DNA of 64,000 nucleotides, from sequence record MZ436830.1, one strand, 5' to 3'. Position numbers and translations under genes: made by a program. This DNA is from Escherichia phage JK1. Below, piece after piece: positions 20,387 to 30,541 of this stretch (the stretch's first letter is position 1; every line of letters starts with the position of its first letter). The notes below the pieces were generated by a model that was not told the DNA's origin, did no database searches, and worked only from the letters and a program-made list of their open reading frames with translations.

Positions 20387-20409
20387 CATATCCTCTCTAG
20401 TGTTTATTC

Positions 20410-20417
20410 TATTTATA
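20410..20417 (-). promoter_or_regulatory. Late promoter for the upstream Alt-family gene
   Basis: TATAAATA on - strand ~20 nt upstream of ATG 20386/20389. Confidence 0.6.
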
Positions 20418-20418
20418 A

Positions 20419-20440
20419 AATTAAAGGCCCGAAGGCCTTT
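20419..20440 (-). terminator. Hairpin (possible terminator) upstream of the alt late promoter
   Basis: AAAGGCCUUCGGGCCUUU on - strand followed by AAUUUUAU. Confidence 0.4.
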
Positions 20441-20627
20441 AATAATCTATTGGTAAGAGAGTACGATATATTTCAAACTTTGGACCTTTTTCATAGGCAT
20501 CAAATGTTTCTGTGAATTTATTATAAGCATATGCATCTATAAATTCAATCATGATTTGTGATACAGAAGTAGAAACATCTCCACCTTCTTTTTGAGCCAC
20601 GACAATTGTTTCTAAGTAAGCTTTCAT
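20439..20627 (-). CDS. Hypothetical protein (62 aa)
   Basis: ORF downstream of DNA ligase gene. Confidence 0.5.
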   Translation of the reverse strand: MKAYLETIVVAQKEGGDVSTSVSQIMIEFIDAYAYNKFTETFDAYEKGPKFEIYRTLLPIDY

Positions 20628-22087
20628 AGACCAGTTACCTCATGAAAATCACCAAATACATCTTCGAATGTATTAGCTTTAGTTTTATCTTCACGCAAAC
20701 GAATCGCAATTGGAAGAAATAATTTAACGTAATCAGTGCGGCCATCGGATTTTAACCAACCGTTGCATTCGCACTCTAGAATTTTTCCAATATAATAATT
20801 TTGGTTTTCCATAATGCGAGTACGGTCAAGTTCATGTGATTTTACGCCGGCTTTATCTTTTAAGCCTGAACCGGCATTTACCTTAATTTTTCCACACTCT
20901 GACTCAAGAATAAATCCACCTGCTTTAGTAGGGTCTTTACGGTGAGGATAAATTCCTACAATTTTTAAATCAACATCAATTACTTCTTTAAATTTATAGA
21001 GATTTTTTGAACGAGCATTTTCCCATAATCCATCGATATTTTTGAGAATAATACCTTCAAGACCTTGATCAATATACTTTTTGTAAATTACCTTAGCTTC
21101 ATCTAGGTTATTTACTACTTGGTTTTCAATTAAAATTACTTTATCATAGCCTGATGTCATTTGTTCTAGTTTAGAAAAACGTACATCATACTTTAAACGA
21201 AATGCAGGAAGACCATATATTTCTACTAATGGAACATAATCCCAGACCTGAAACTTCATGCATTGTGCTTCTTTTTCGGAAATGGTTCCCTTTAAAGATT
21301 TATTAGCGATTCCATTAGAAGTAGTACGTGATTCAGCTACTTCGGCGAATTCTTTAGCTTTACTAATTTCAGGATAAGCATCAAAAAGAAAATCTAGGCC
21401 TTCTGGCTCCTTTTTAACTTGCTCATGGTATACCAATTCGCCATCAATTAACACACCTTCTGGATGAATCTGGCGGGCTTCAGCGGTCATTTTGATTAAC
21501 TCTTCCTTAAGAAGATCTAATCCTAGATATTCATTACCAGCTCGTGATAAAAGACGGACATCATCTAATTCATCACCTCTAACTTCAGCAAAACACCGAG
21601 CTCCATCTGCTTTTAATTGTGCAAAGGCTGGAAATTTGATATTCTTACTAATGCCTTTTTCATCATAAGAACTTGCGAGCATTTGAGGTTGTTCAGGAAT
21701 TAAACCTGGCCAAACTTTGTTTGCAATAGATACTGAAGCACCACATTCAAGGTCTCGCATCATCACTCGACGCAAAACTTCAACATCATCTTTTTTACCA
21801 TCGGTGATATATCCAGTTAATTCCTCAATTGCCGCATTTCCAGTCAATTTCCGAGTAGCTAACGTGAATTCAATGAAGTCAAGCATATCGGTAAGAGTCA
21901 ACATTCCAAAACTCTGGGTAGCAATACCAGGTTTAGGCCATTTCTTGATATAATACTGTAACCCACGAGAATAAGTCAGACGATATACTCGTTTAAGCAA
22001 TTCATTATCTTTATTCTTTTCAAGAATTGCTTGCTTCTGCTTAGTTGAACCAATAGATGCTATTTCGTTCAGAATTTTAAGAATCAT
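20624..22087 (-). CDS. 30: ATP-dependent DNA ligase gp30
   Basis: 487 aa; adenylation motif KADGAR; matches remembered T4 DNA ligase over full length. Confidence 0.95.
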   Translation of the reverse strand: MILKILNEIASIGSTKQKQAILEKNKDNELLKRVYRLTYSRGLQYYIKKWPKPGIATQSFGMLTLTDMLDFIEFTLATRKLTGNAAIEELTGYITDGKKDDVEVLRRVMMRDLECGASVSIANKVWPGLIPEQPQMLASSYDEKGISKNIKFPAFAQLKADGARCFAEVRGDELDDVRLLSRAGNEYLGLDLLKEELIKMTAEARQIHPEGVLIDGELVYHEQVKKEPEGLDFLFDAYPEISKAKEFAEVAESRTTSNGIANKSLKGTISEKEAQCMKFQVWDYVPLVEIYGLPAFRLKYDVRFSKLEQMTSGYDKVILIENQVVNNLDEAKVIYKKYIDQGLEGIILKNIDGLWENARSKNLYKFKEVIDVDLKIVGIYPHRKDPTKAGGFILESECGKIKVNAGSGLKDKAGVKSHELDRTRIMENQNYYIGKILECECNGWLKSDGRTDYVKLFLPIAIRLREDKTKANTFEDVFGDFHEVTGL

Positions 22088-22353
22088 TGTTCATCCTTTA
22101 GAGTTTGGTTTACAGCTCTATTATAAATCAATTCATCATTAAGCTCAGTCAAAGACCTGTGGTACGTTGTTCTAACTTTATTTCCTTGCATCCAGTGCTT
22201 GACGTAAATGAAACCTTGCTCTACACATTTTTTAAAAATTCGTTCGTCTTTTTGAGCTCGGAATTCTGGATTGCATCTAAAAAATTGATTTACGTGACCG
22301 TAATCACGTGTAGTATTACCTTCATTTTCATAAATAGTGTGAACGACAAACAT
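22084..22353 (-). CDS. Hypothetical protein (89 aa)
   Basis: ORF overlapping ligase start by 4 nt. Confidence 0.6.
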   Translation of the reverse strand: MFVVHTIYENEGNTTRDYGHVNQFFRCNPEFRAQKDERIFKKCVEQGFIYVKHWMQGNKVRTTYHRSLTELNDELIYNRAVNQTLKDEQ

Positions 22354-23192
22354 TAGAATGCTCCTTGGAAAATATTATCACCACTAGTAGGTCTATTATA
22401 CAAATACTCTATGCCACCAGGTTTAATATAGTTCCATGTCTGAAACGGATGTGTCTGATATGGATGATATAGATGATTATAAGGATTAAATCCAGGAGTT
22501 CTCCAGGTAGTGTTCCAAGGAAAAGAATCGTTTTTGATCATCTTCTCAATTACATCTTTTATAAATTTTTCACTATCAAAACTTTCTTTATTTTCCTTCG
22601 ATGGAAAAAGCTTATTCTCTACATCATTCCATGTATAAACTCGCTGTGCAGTTTTTGGAATACTGTCACGCTCTCCTCGAGCCATCCAATAAACTGGAAC
22701 ATTTAATATTTCACTCGCATGATCGCAGTGGTGAGCGAGATCGTCAATATAACAAATTACGTTATATTTCTCTTTTGCCTTTTTGAACAACTCTTCTTTT
22801 GAAGAATCATGGCCACACATCAATACTTCTGAGAAGGCACCAGGAAAAAGAGCATTCAAATTAAATTGACGATTCAGCAGAGCGTCAATAGAATCACCCA
22901 ATGCTGTAACAGCTACAAAATTATAATCTTCTTTTAATTTGTTAATTACACACAGAGCATCTTTATATGGAGACAAGTAACGAATAAAATCTGAACGATT
23001 ATATTTTTCAATTAACTTGACACCAAGTTCTTCATCGCAATTAAAGAGCTTACCAGGAGAAATAAATTTTTCGTCCTGAATCATTTTTAAAATATGTTCT
23101 AATGGAAGATTATATTTTTGGGCAAAATAAGGAAGACCTGATTGCCAGCTTAAACATACACCATCAATATCAGTCAAAATAGTAGGCTTCAT
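22353..23192 (-). CDS. HAD-like hydrolase/phosphatase candidate (279 aa)
   Basis: N-terminal ILTDIDGV resembles HAD motif I DxDG(T/V); otherwise unassigned. Confidence 0.55.
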   Translation of the reverse strand: MKPTILTDIDGVCLSWQSGLPYFAQKYNLPLEHILKMIQDEKFISPGKLFNCDEELGVKLIEKYNRSDFIRYLSPYKDALCVINKLKEDYNFVAVTALGDSIDALLNRQFNLNALFPGAFSEVLMCGHDSSKEELFKKAKEKYNVICYIDDLAHHCDHASEILNVPVYWMARGERDSIPKTAQRVYTWNDVENKLFPSKENKESFDSEKFIKDVIEKMIKNDSFPWNTTWRTPGFNPYNHLYHPYQTHPFQTWNYIKPGGIEYLYNRPTSGDNIFQGAF

Positions 23193-23653
23193 AGAGAGTC
23201 TCTTAGTAGGTTTAACACATCAATAAATTCAGCTTCGGTTAGTATTGTATCATCTTTTGTTAGACCACTAGCCATGCTGTGCTTCAAAACTTTTCCTTTC
23301 GAGGCTTGTAATGCATCACGAAAGCCCTTGTTTTGGATCGCTGCTTCAAAATATGCATTTGTGTATAATTCTTTCCACGCCGGGGAGTATCTTGAAAACG
23401 GAACTCCGAGCCAGAAGAGGGTCCCACGGTCCTGAGCTCTTGCATAAGACCTTCCAGCTTGCTGTGCGGCAAGCCCGGATAACCCAAATATACGACGTTG
23501 TTGTTCAACATTTTTCACCTTGCACCCTTGGAGGAATCCTTCAAGACCTCCAAATTGAATACCATCCATAACGAAAGGCCATTTGGCGAAATTACTTAAT
23601 GCACATGATGGCCACCTAAAATTGCTTCTAATCTCTAACTCAGACATTTTCAA
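23189..23653 (-). CDS. NADAR/YbiA (DUF1768)-like protein (154 aa)
   Basis: Segment LSNFAKWPFVMDGIQFGGLEGFLQGCK resembles YbiA-family core (FSNF..WP..DG....EH.FQA.K). Confidence 0.6.
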   Translation of the reverse strand: MKMSELEIRSNFRWPSCALSNFAKWPFVMDGIQFGGLEGFLQGCKVKNVEQQRRIFGLSGLAAQQAGRSYARAQDRGTLFWLGVPFSRYSPAWKELYTNAYFEAAIQNKGFRDALQASKGKVLKHSMASGLTKDDTILTEAEFIDVLNLLRDSL

Positions 23654-23846
23654 TGCTTATAATTTCAACATCAGCCCAATGACCATAGCAAGGAAGACGA
23701 AATTCAACTGGCCAGTTAGGGTCCTTTTCTAATATAATAGACTTAACTTGTGGTTCTTCATGTTCATCAGTATATGGATTTTTATCTGTTACTTTATATG
23801 TGACCTTAATGTACTGAATTCCAAAAATCTTATTAATTATATTCAT
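23640..23846 (-). CDS. Hypothetical protein (68 aa)
   Basis: ORF in operon-like array. Confidence 0.55.
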   Translation of the reverse strand: MNIINKIFGIQYIKVTYKVTDKNPYTDEHEEPQVKSIILEKDPNWPVEFRLPCYGHWADVEIISIENV

Positions 23847-24040
23847 ACTAGTTCCTTTAATCCGTAAATAGGAGATAATTCATCACCCATACGAAGGTCT
23901 TCATTTCCATCTACCCAGGAAACAATATAAGCCTCTTTTATTTGAACACCACTCCATTTAAATGGAGGTAGAACCTTAGAAATTAATCCAGGTATACCAA
24001 CTCCCTTTAATTCAACAGTTTGACCTAAAAAGAATTTCAT
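23843..24040 (-). CDS. Hypothetical protein (65 aa)
   Basis: ORF in operon-like array. Confidence 0.55.
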   Translation of the reverse strand: MKFFLGQTVELKGVGIPGLISKVLPPFKWSGVQIKEAYIVSWVDGNEDLRMGDELSPIYGLKELV

Positions 24041-24327
24041 TAGAACCTCATCTGAAAACCGTGCGATTTAACATTACCGCCGCCAATATCAGAAATGTTA
24101 ATTTCACGCGCAATTGAAGGGTCAATGTCAATTTCGCGATTGAGTTTAGTGATAGCTAAAGTATCACGCCCATTTACAGTACGGAATTCTAAAGGACAAA
24201 CCACATCAACGTAATTTTTAATCGATTCACTGGTAGGTTGCAAATGAGCAGGAAGGTCTTTGGGCGCCTTTGAGAAAACCACTTCACAGAAATTTTTACG
24301 GGTATCAAAATAAGTAGTCATAAACAT
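24040..24327 (-). CDS. Hypothetical protein (95 aa)
   Basis: ORF with GAGGAAAA RBS. Confidence 0.6.
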   Translation of the reverse strand: MFMTTYFDTRKNFCEVVFSKAPKDLPAHLQPTSESIKNYVDVVCPLEFRTVNGRDTLAITKLNREIDIDPSIAREINISDIGGGNVKSHGFQMRF

Positions 24328-24368
24328 GGTATTTTCCTCAGTAAGGGGCCGAAGCCCCTCATTTTATT

Positions 24369-24734
24369 TTAAATATCAAATTCATTAAGAACTACATCAA
24401 AGATTGCTTCGAGATGTTCAGGTTTAGCTCTGTTACTCAGAATATGACGAATCCAAGTTTTAACCAAAAGCTTGCGATTAGCACCATTCCAACAAGGATG
24501 AGTCCCTAAATCGCGTTGACGGAAATCATCATCCAGAGCGATTTTAAAGTTGGAACCTTCCATTGTGATTGAAACCGTGATGCCATTTTCAAATCGCATA
24601 TAAACGTAATTAGGAGTCATATACTGTTCAATTTCGCATACTGATCCATTTTGATGTTTCCAAAGGCAGATAGTATCAATAGAACCTGCAATACCATTAG
24701 AAACATATTTACGTTCAAAGTTGATGTAGTTCAT
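24369..24734 (-). CDS. Hypothetical protein (121 aa)
   Basis: Start moved to ATG 24734 with GGAG RBS (ORF-track start is TTG). Confidence 0.6.
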   Translation of the reverse strand: MNYINFERKYVSNGIAGSIDTICLWKHQNGSVCEIEQYMTPNYVYMRFENGITVSITMEGSNFKIALDDDFRQRDLGTHPCWNGANRKLLVKTWIRHILSNRAKPEHLEAIFDVVLNEFDI

Positions 24735-24770
24735 TTTATTCTCCAAGATGTTTAATTGCGGTACAGGTAT

Positions 24771-24799
24771 ATAATATCATATCCTGTACCAAAGTAAAC
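24771..24799 (-). promoter_or_regulatory. Early promoter (GTTTAC-N17-TATTAT) inside inverted repeat
   Basis: -35 at 24794-24799, -10 at 24771-24776; flanked by GGTACAGG/CCTGTACC inverted repeat. Confidence 0.45.
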
Positions 24800-24803
24800 T
24801 ATT

Positions 24804-25172
24804 TTATGCAACTTTAATCCAATTATCTAAATTTAATTCACCTTTGGCTTTCATTTTTTCAATCAAGAGGTCAGCGGTAATACGACCATTTTGATACCAC
24901 GTAACATCTTCAGAGTAACCAGTTTCTTTATCTTCATAAGTCTCACAACGAATTTTACCAATAATCAAAGTTTTCAATTCGTATGTATCTCCAGTAAAAA
25001 AGTTAGTTAACATTATTTTCCAAGAGAAATCATCAGAAGGACCTTCAGGAGTCATGCAACCTACAAATTCAAATTGTTCTTTGTATAAGTGCCACTGAAG
25101 TTCTTTAGTTTCGATAGCTTTATAGCCGTCGTGATCTTTACCTTTGATGTATGAGTTAAGATTGATTTTCAT
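24804..25172 (-). CDS. Hypothetical protein (122 aa)
   Basis: ORF with early-type promoter upstream. Confidence 0.6.
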   Translation of the reverse strand: MKINLNSYIKGKDHDGYKAIETKELQWHLYKEQFEFVGCMTPEGPSDDFSWKIMLTNFFTGDTYELKTLIIGKIRCETYEDKETGYSEDVTWYQNGRITADLLIEKMKAKGELNLDNWIKVA

Positions 25173-25199
25173 TTTATTCTCCTTTGTTTGTGTAAGATA

Positions 25200-25229
25200 A
25201 TACTATCACAAAGGAACTATACTGTAAAC
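25200..25229 (-). promoter_or_regulatory. Early promoter candidate
   Basis: GTTTAC at 25224-25229, TAGTAT-like -10 18 nt away; ~30 nt upstream of ATG 25172. Confidence 0.4.
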
Positions 25230-25282
25230 AACTTTATGCAATCTTTGGAAAATAAAAAAGGACTCCCGAAGGAGTCCTCAAC

Positions 25283-25501
25283 TTATGCTTTCTGCTTACC
25301 AAAACGAGAAGCATCATCTCGAAGAACCGCACGTGCTCGACGCATGATCTTCTCAACAGTTTGATTAATACGAGAGTTCGACCCACGCTTGTAGCCAGCG
25401 CGTTTAGAATCACCAACTTTCTTTTCAACTGCTTTCTTTGCTTTAGCTTGTTTTGCCATTATAAATTCTCTTTTAAATGAAAATGCAGGACTTATTGGCA
25501 T
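25283..25501 (-). CDS. Small highly basic protein (58-72 aa, start uncertain)
   Basis: Lys/Arg-rich ORF; alternative start MAKQAKAKK at 25459. Confidence 0.45.
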   Translation of the reverse strand: MPISPAFSFKREFIMAKQAKAKKAVEKKVGDSKRAGYKRGSNSRINQTVEKIMRRARAVLRDDASRFGKQKA

Positions 25502-25578
25502 TGCCTGCGCAAGCCCTCAAGGGGTACTTAGGTTTTGAATATTTACCGACAGGATAACCATAAACCTCGTCAACATAA

Positions 25579-25827
25579 TTACTTCAGTGTTACCACAAAG
25601 TGACGAACTGCTTTTCGTGCAGCAGAAGCCAAAGGCTTAGCATATTTAAGCTCATCTTTTTCCTGGAGCTCAGCGGCTAATGCAGTTTGAGCAGGATTCA
25701 GATGTTTGAAATAACGCAGGATTTCAAGAGCTTCGGCTTCAACATCAATAGATGCGCCATAGTTTTCGTGACCATTATTCCATGCGTTTCGTTGCAGTTC
25801 AAGAGCGTGTTGTAATTGTTTAATCAT
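25579..25827 (-). CDS. rIII: rIII lysis inhibition accessory protein
   Basis: 82 aa; position immediately downstream of gene 31. Confidence 0.75.
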   Translation of the reverse strand: MIKQLQHALELQRNAWNNGHENYGASIDVEAEALEILRYFKHLNPAQTALAAELQEKDELKYAKPLASAARKAVRHFVVTLK

Positions 25828-25974
25828 TTAAAAATTCTCGTTAGAGATTAAAACTCGGTAGTCACGTTCTTCTGAATTTCATCTTCTTTCGACAGATCTC
25901 TCAGTTGTAGACTACCACATAGAATTGTTCGGTTAACTTATTATTCCGACACCCAATTCATATTATTATTTATA

Positions 25975-26310
25975 TCACTTATAAAGACACGGAATAGCTT
26001 TATAGTGACAAGTAACGAATTTTTGTTTAATTTCTTTTGGCTGCTTAAGACCCAGAGCTACAAAAGGATGCGGAACATTTCGAATTTGACCAACTGGAAG
26101 AGAAGTCAAATCACCAACTTCGCAGAAACCTTCAGGAACATCAGGACCAACAGAGTGAACTACACACAGTTCAGGAACTTCACCTTGAACACGTTTACCG
26201 ATAATAAGTCCTGATTCTGTAACTTCTTCATCACCAGCCTGTGCAGGTTCAGAAACTAAAATAACATATTCACCGACAGCACGAATTGGTAGCTGTTGTA
26301 CTTCAGACAT
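25975..26310 (-). CDS. 31: Co-chaperonin gp31 (GroES analogue)
   Basis: 111 aa; AGGAAA RBS; MotA-box middle promoter upstream; synteny. Confidence 0.85.
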
Positions 26311-26340
26311 CGTTTTTCCTTTTTGTTAACAGATGAATTA

Positions 26341-26365
26341 ATAATAACAAATAATTCTTAAAGCA
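26341..26365 (-). promoter_or_regulatory. MotA-dependent middle promoter of gene 31
   Basis: - strand AAATGCTTTA (MotA box) -12 nt- TATTAT upstream of gene 31 ATG. Confidence 0.55.
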
Positions 26366-26366
26366 T

Positions 26367-26675
26367 TTATTTACCAATAAATTGGAGTAAATGCTCAACT
26401 TTCATACCATTAACGGAAATCAATTTGTCAATAGAAAAACCTCGCCATGCACCAAGTTCAACATCAAATACTGGAATCATGTCAGTAGATTCTTTCCGAG
26501 TAGATTCAGTCAATTTACCAGTTTGCATGGTTGGCATAAAGTCTGCATCACGAGTACCTTTCATAGTACGAATAGTACCATCAGACTTTTCAAAAACTAC
26601 GTTTGAAACACCCATGGACAATTTAGTTTTCAAAATTTCACGAATTGCTACTTTCTGCTCAGTTGTCAGTTTCAT
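26367..26675 (-). CDS. Hypothetical protein (102 aa)
   Basis: ORF. Confidence 0.6.
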   Translation of the reverse strand: MKLTTEQKVAIREILKTKLSMGVSNVVFEKSDGTIRTMKGTRDADFMPTMQTGKLTESTRKESTDMIPVFDVELGAWRGFSIDKLISVNGMKVEHLLQFIGK

Positions 26676-26912
26676 TTATTTACCTATTACAGTTTTAATA
26701 TGAGTTGTTCCACGTTCTTTAAGGGTGGAAAGTAATTTTTGGCATTTTTCTAAATCAGATTTCCAACTATACGGTCTATCAATACTAGTCCAATCAGTTT
26801 TATAATACTGTTTCCATTTAGAGAAAAAATATTTCTTATACTCTACAGCAAATGAGATGTTCTCATTAGAATAAGAACTAATTGCTGTAAGCTTTACCAA
26901 ACGAAATTTCAT
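26676..26912 (-). CDS. Hypothetical protein (78 aa)
   Basis: ORF. Confidence 0.55.
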   Translation of the reverse strand: MKFRLVKLTAISSYSNENISFAVEYKKYFFSKWKQYYKTDWTSIDRPYSWKSDLEKCQKLLSTLKERGTTHIKTVIGK

Positions 26913-27493
26913 TATTCACCACAGAATTCGTTGATATTTTCCCAATTTAACTTATTCAAGTTTTTCTTAGGAACATTAAACACTTCAATACCCGCATTTC
27001 GCAGAATATCATCCCAGCCAGGTTTATTTTTATCGTATGTTTCGCAATAAACCAGCTTTTTAATACCAGATTGAGCTATCGCTTTTGCACAATCTGGGCA
27101 AGGAGAAAGTGTTACATACATAGTAGCACCTTCAATAGAAGAACCATTTCGCGCAGCAAACAAAATTGCATTTAGTTCAGCATGAATTTCATTTTTAGAT
27201 GACCATTCCGAGTGAGCACTACGATGTTCTTTCGCCAAAACAAAACGATCAGTTGAACCAAATGATACGCATTCAGGCTTATGGCCTTGAATGATAGTGT
27301 GTTTAGGCTTATTCAACAACCAACCTTGCTCAGCAGCATAATCACAACAGTTCACACCCCCTGCGGGGGAACCATTATACCCAGTAGAAATAATACGTCC
27401 ATTCTTTTCAATTACTGCTCCTACCTTCCAGGAGCAACATTTTGATTCCTGTGATACTAAATATGCAATTTGAAGTACTGTACTCGCTTTCAT
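26912..27493 (-). CDS. cd: dCMP deaminase
   Basis: 193 aa; zinc-binding cytidine deaminase motifs HAELNAI and PCPDCAKAI. Confidence 0.9.
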   Translation of the reverse strand: MKASTVLQIAYLVSQESKCCSWKVGAVIEKNGRIISTGYNGSPAGGVNCCDYAAEQGWLLNKPKHTIIQGHKPECVSFGSTDRFVLAKEHRSAHSEWSSKNEIHAELNAILFAARNGSSIEGATMYVTLSPCPDCAKAIAQSGIKKLVYCETYDKNKPGWDDILRNAGIEVFNVPKKNLNKLNWENINEFCGE

Positions 27494-27828
27494 TTCATAA
27501 TCACCAGATAAGCAGATTTAGCAGTTTCAACACGATAAATTTCGTGACGAAGTTTAGTTATACTTTTAATAACAGAACTAATTATATTCTGCCCATCTTT
27601 AAAGCGGTTTTTCTTATCAATAAAAATTGCGCCAACCATCTTTTTGTGAAGCTCAACTGGATACTTCGTCACAATAATAGCATCATACACAGAAGGATGA
27701 ATACTATTCACTAGAGTATCATTCATTAAAGTTATTCTAATGAACTGTGCTGTTTCAGAATCAAGCGCTCTATGATCGCCAGTATCATTTTCAAGACAAT
27801 TATCAATTATATCAGTTAAATTCATCAT
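27490..27828 (-). CDS. Hypothetical protein (112 aa)
   Basis: ORF overlapping cd start (ATGA). Confidence 0.6.
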   Translation of the reverse strand: MMNLTDIIDNCLENDTGDHRALDSETAQFIRITLMNDTLVNSIHPSVYDAIIVTKYPVELHKKMVGAIFIDKKNRFKDGQNIISSVIKSITKLRHEIYRVETAKSAYLVIMK

Positions 27829-28061
27829 AGTACGCCATACACCCTTTGTGCTTCAACTAATCCATCAAAATCCAGTTTAAGATGCGATATTTGATCGCCA
27901 TCACCTGGATTCACAATTACTAATACTGAACGAGGAGTTTCGGTAATAACACGAACCGATGTTTCAGGAAATCGTTCAGAAACCTTATTTACCAATTCCT
28001 GTGCAAATAGTTTAACTTTTTCTTGGAATTCTTTAACAGTAATTGGTTTTTCACTTAGCAT
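27825..28061 (-). CDS. Hypothetical protein (78 aa)
   Basis: ORF, GAGGAA RBS, early promoter upstream. Confidence 0.6.
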   Translation of the reverse strand: MLSEKPITVKEFQEKVKLFAQELVNKVSERFPETSVRVITETPRSVLVIVNPGDGDQISHLKLDFDGLVEAQRVYGVL

Positions 28062-28091
28062 TTTGTTTTCCTCATTTGTTTTGGTAGAGCT

Positions 28092-28121
28092 ATAATATCA
28101 CAACTCTACCGTAAAGTAAAC
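28092..28121 (-). promoter_or_regulatory. Early promoter (GTTTAC-N18-TATTAT) inside inverted repeat
   Basis: -35 28116-28121, -10 28092-28097; GGTAGAG/CTCTACC inverted repeat around -10. Confidence 0.45.
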
Positions 28122-28123
28122 TG

Positions 28124-28399
28124 TTAAATTGCTTTGAATTCTGATGTCTGTGATTCAAAGCGAATATCGCCTTTGATGACTAGCTCAGCATCAAGACCAA
28201 ATACGACAATGATATGCGCAGAACCTGGATACAGCGTAATGGCAATAGAATCCACCTGGTCTGGAAGCAAAGTGTTCAATACATGAGTCACTTGAGCATG
28301 AATTCGAAGCTCGGCTGCGTTATCAAGCTTTTCAAACATATTATTAGCGATAATTTGGCTAAAAACTACTTCTACGATTTTAGAATAAGTCGGAAACAT
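28124..28399 (-). CDS. Hypothetical protein (91 aa)
   Basis: ORF. Confidence 0.6.
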   Translation of the reverse strand: MFPTYSKIVEVVFSQIIANNMFEKLDNAAELRIHAQVTHVLNTLLPDQVDSIAITLYPGSAHIIVVFGLDAELVIKGDIRFESQTSEFKAI

Positions 28400-28401
28400 A
28401 T

Positions 28402-28594
28402 TTACCTCACATAATTTTCTTCAAGCCAATCAATAACATCCAACGCATTATCAAAAGTTGAACCATCTACTTTTTCTTCTGTTTCATAATCAAGAACATC
28501 TAAGCCTAATCTTCCGTTAACAATAGGCCATAAACAAAATAGATATTTCTTTTCTTTTTCAATTTTATCACAAAGACGATAAATCTTTTCTAGG

Positions 28595-28602
<8 letters not shown>
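28402..28602 (-). CDS. Hypothetical protein (66 aa)
   Basis: ORF. Confidence 0.55.
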
Positions 28603-30017
<1,415 letters not shown>

Positions 30018-30251
30018 TTATTTTTTCTCAACCAATGATTGAATATAATCATGCAGGTCTTTAGATGCTTTACCCCACTTATTTTGATATTCATTTTTGA
30101 GATTAGCGCGTGATTGAGCTAATAAAACATCATTAGTTGGAGGTAAAGATTCTAATCGCTGAATCTGGCGTCCATAAATCATTGCAGCCATCTCGGATTC
30201 ATAAATCAATCCTTTAAGATGTTCAAATTGATGCCATGAAATCATTTGCAT
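30018..30251 (-). CDS. Hypothetical protein (77 aa)
   Basis: ORF. Confidence 0.55.
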   Translation of the reverse strand: MQMISWHQFEHLKGLIYESEMAAMIYGRQIQRLESLPPTNDVLLAQSRANLKNEYQNKWGKASKDLHDYIQSLVEKK

Positions 30252-30541
30252 TTATCCTCTTTTAACTCTTGACGATAATAACATATCATAGTTTTCTGGT
30301 CATGTACATATCGTTTTACATCATTAAGCCAAATACGAAATTCCTGGGAATCTTCAAATGGCATACCGACCCAAGCTTTACCATCAATAACTTTAACTTG
30401 CCAAGATAGTTTAGCTTCATCATATGACTTTATTTGTACAGGCCAATTAGGATGAACTGTTTCTTTCTTTACTTCTAGAGGCTTTGTCGAACAACCAACT
30501 AGAAGACCAATAGATAATATTACTGCTGATAGTTTAATCAT
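30242..30541 (-). CDS. pseT.2: Outer-membrane lipoprotein, o-spanin candidate
   Basis: 99 aa; signal peptide with lipobox LLVGC; ATGA-coupled to upstream i-spanin candidate; T4 pseT.2/pseT.3 are recalled spanin genes. Confidence 0.7.
   Translation of the reverse strand: MIKLSAVILSIGLLVGCSTKPLEVKKETVHPNWPVQIKSYDEAKLSWQVKVIDGKAWVGMPFEDSQEFRIWLNDVKRYVHDQKTMICYYRQELKEDKCK

Noticed and set aside
25234-25428. Alternative-frame 64-aa ORF overlapping the small basic ORF
   Set aside because: Overlaps 25283-25501 in another frame; only one can be real and neither has strong start signals; kept the basic ORF at low confidence
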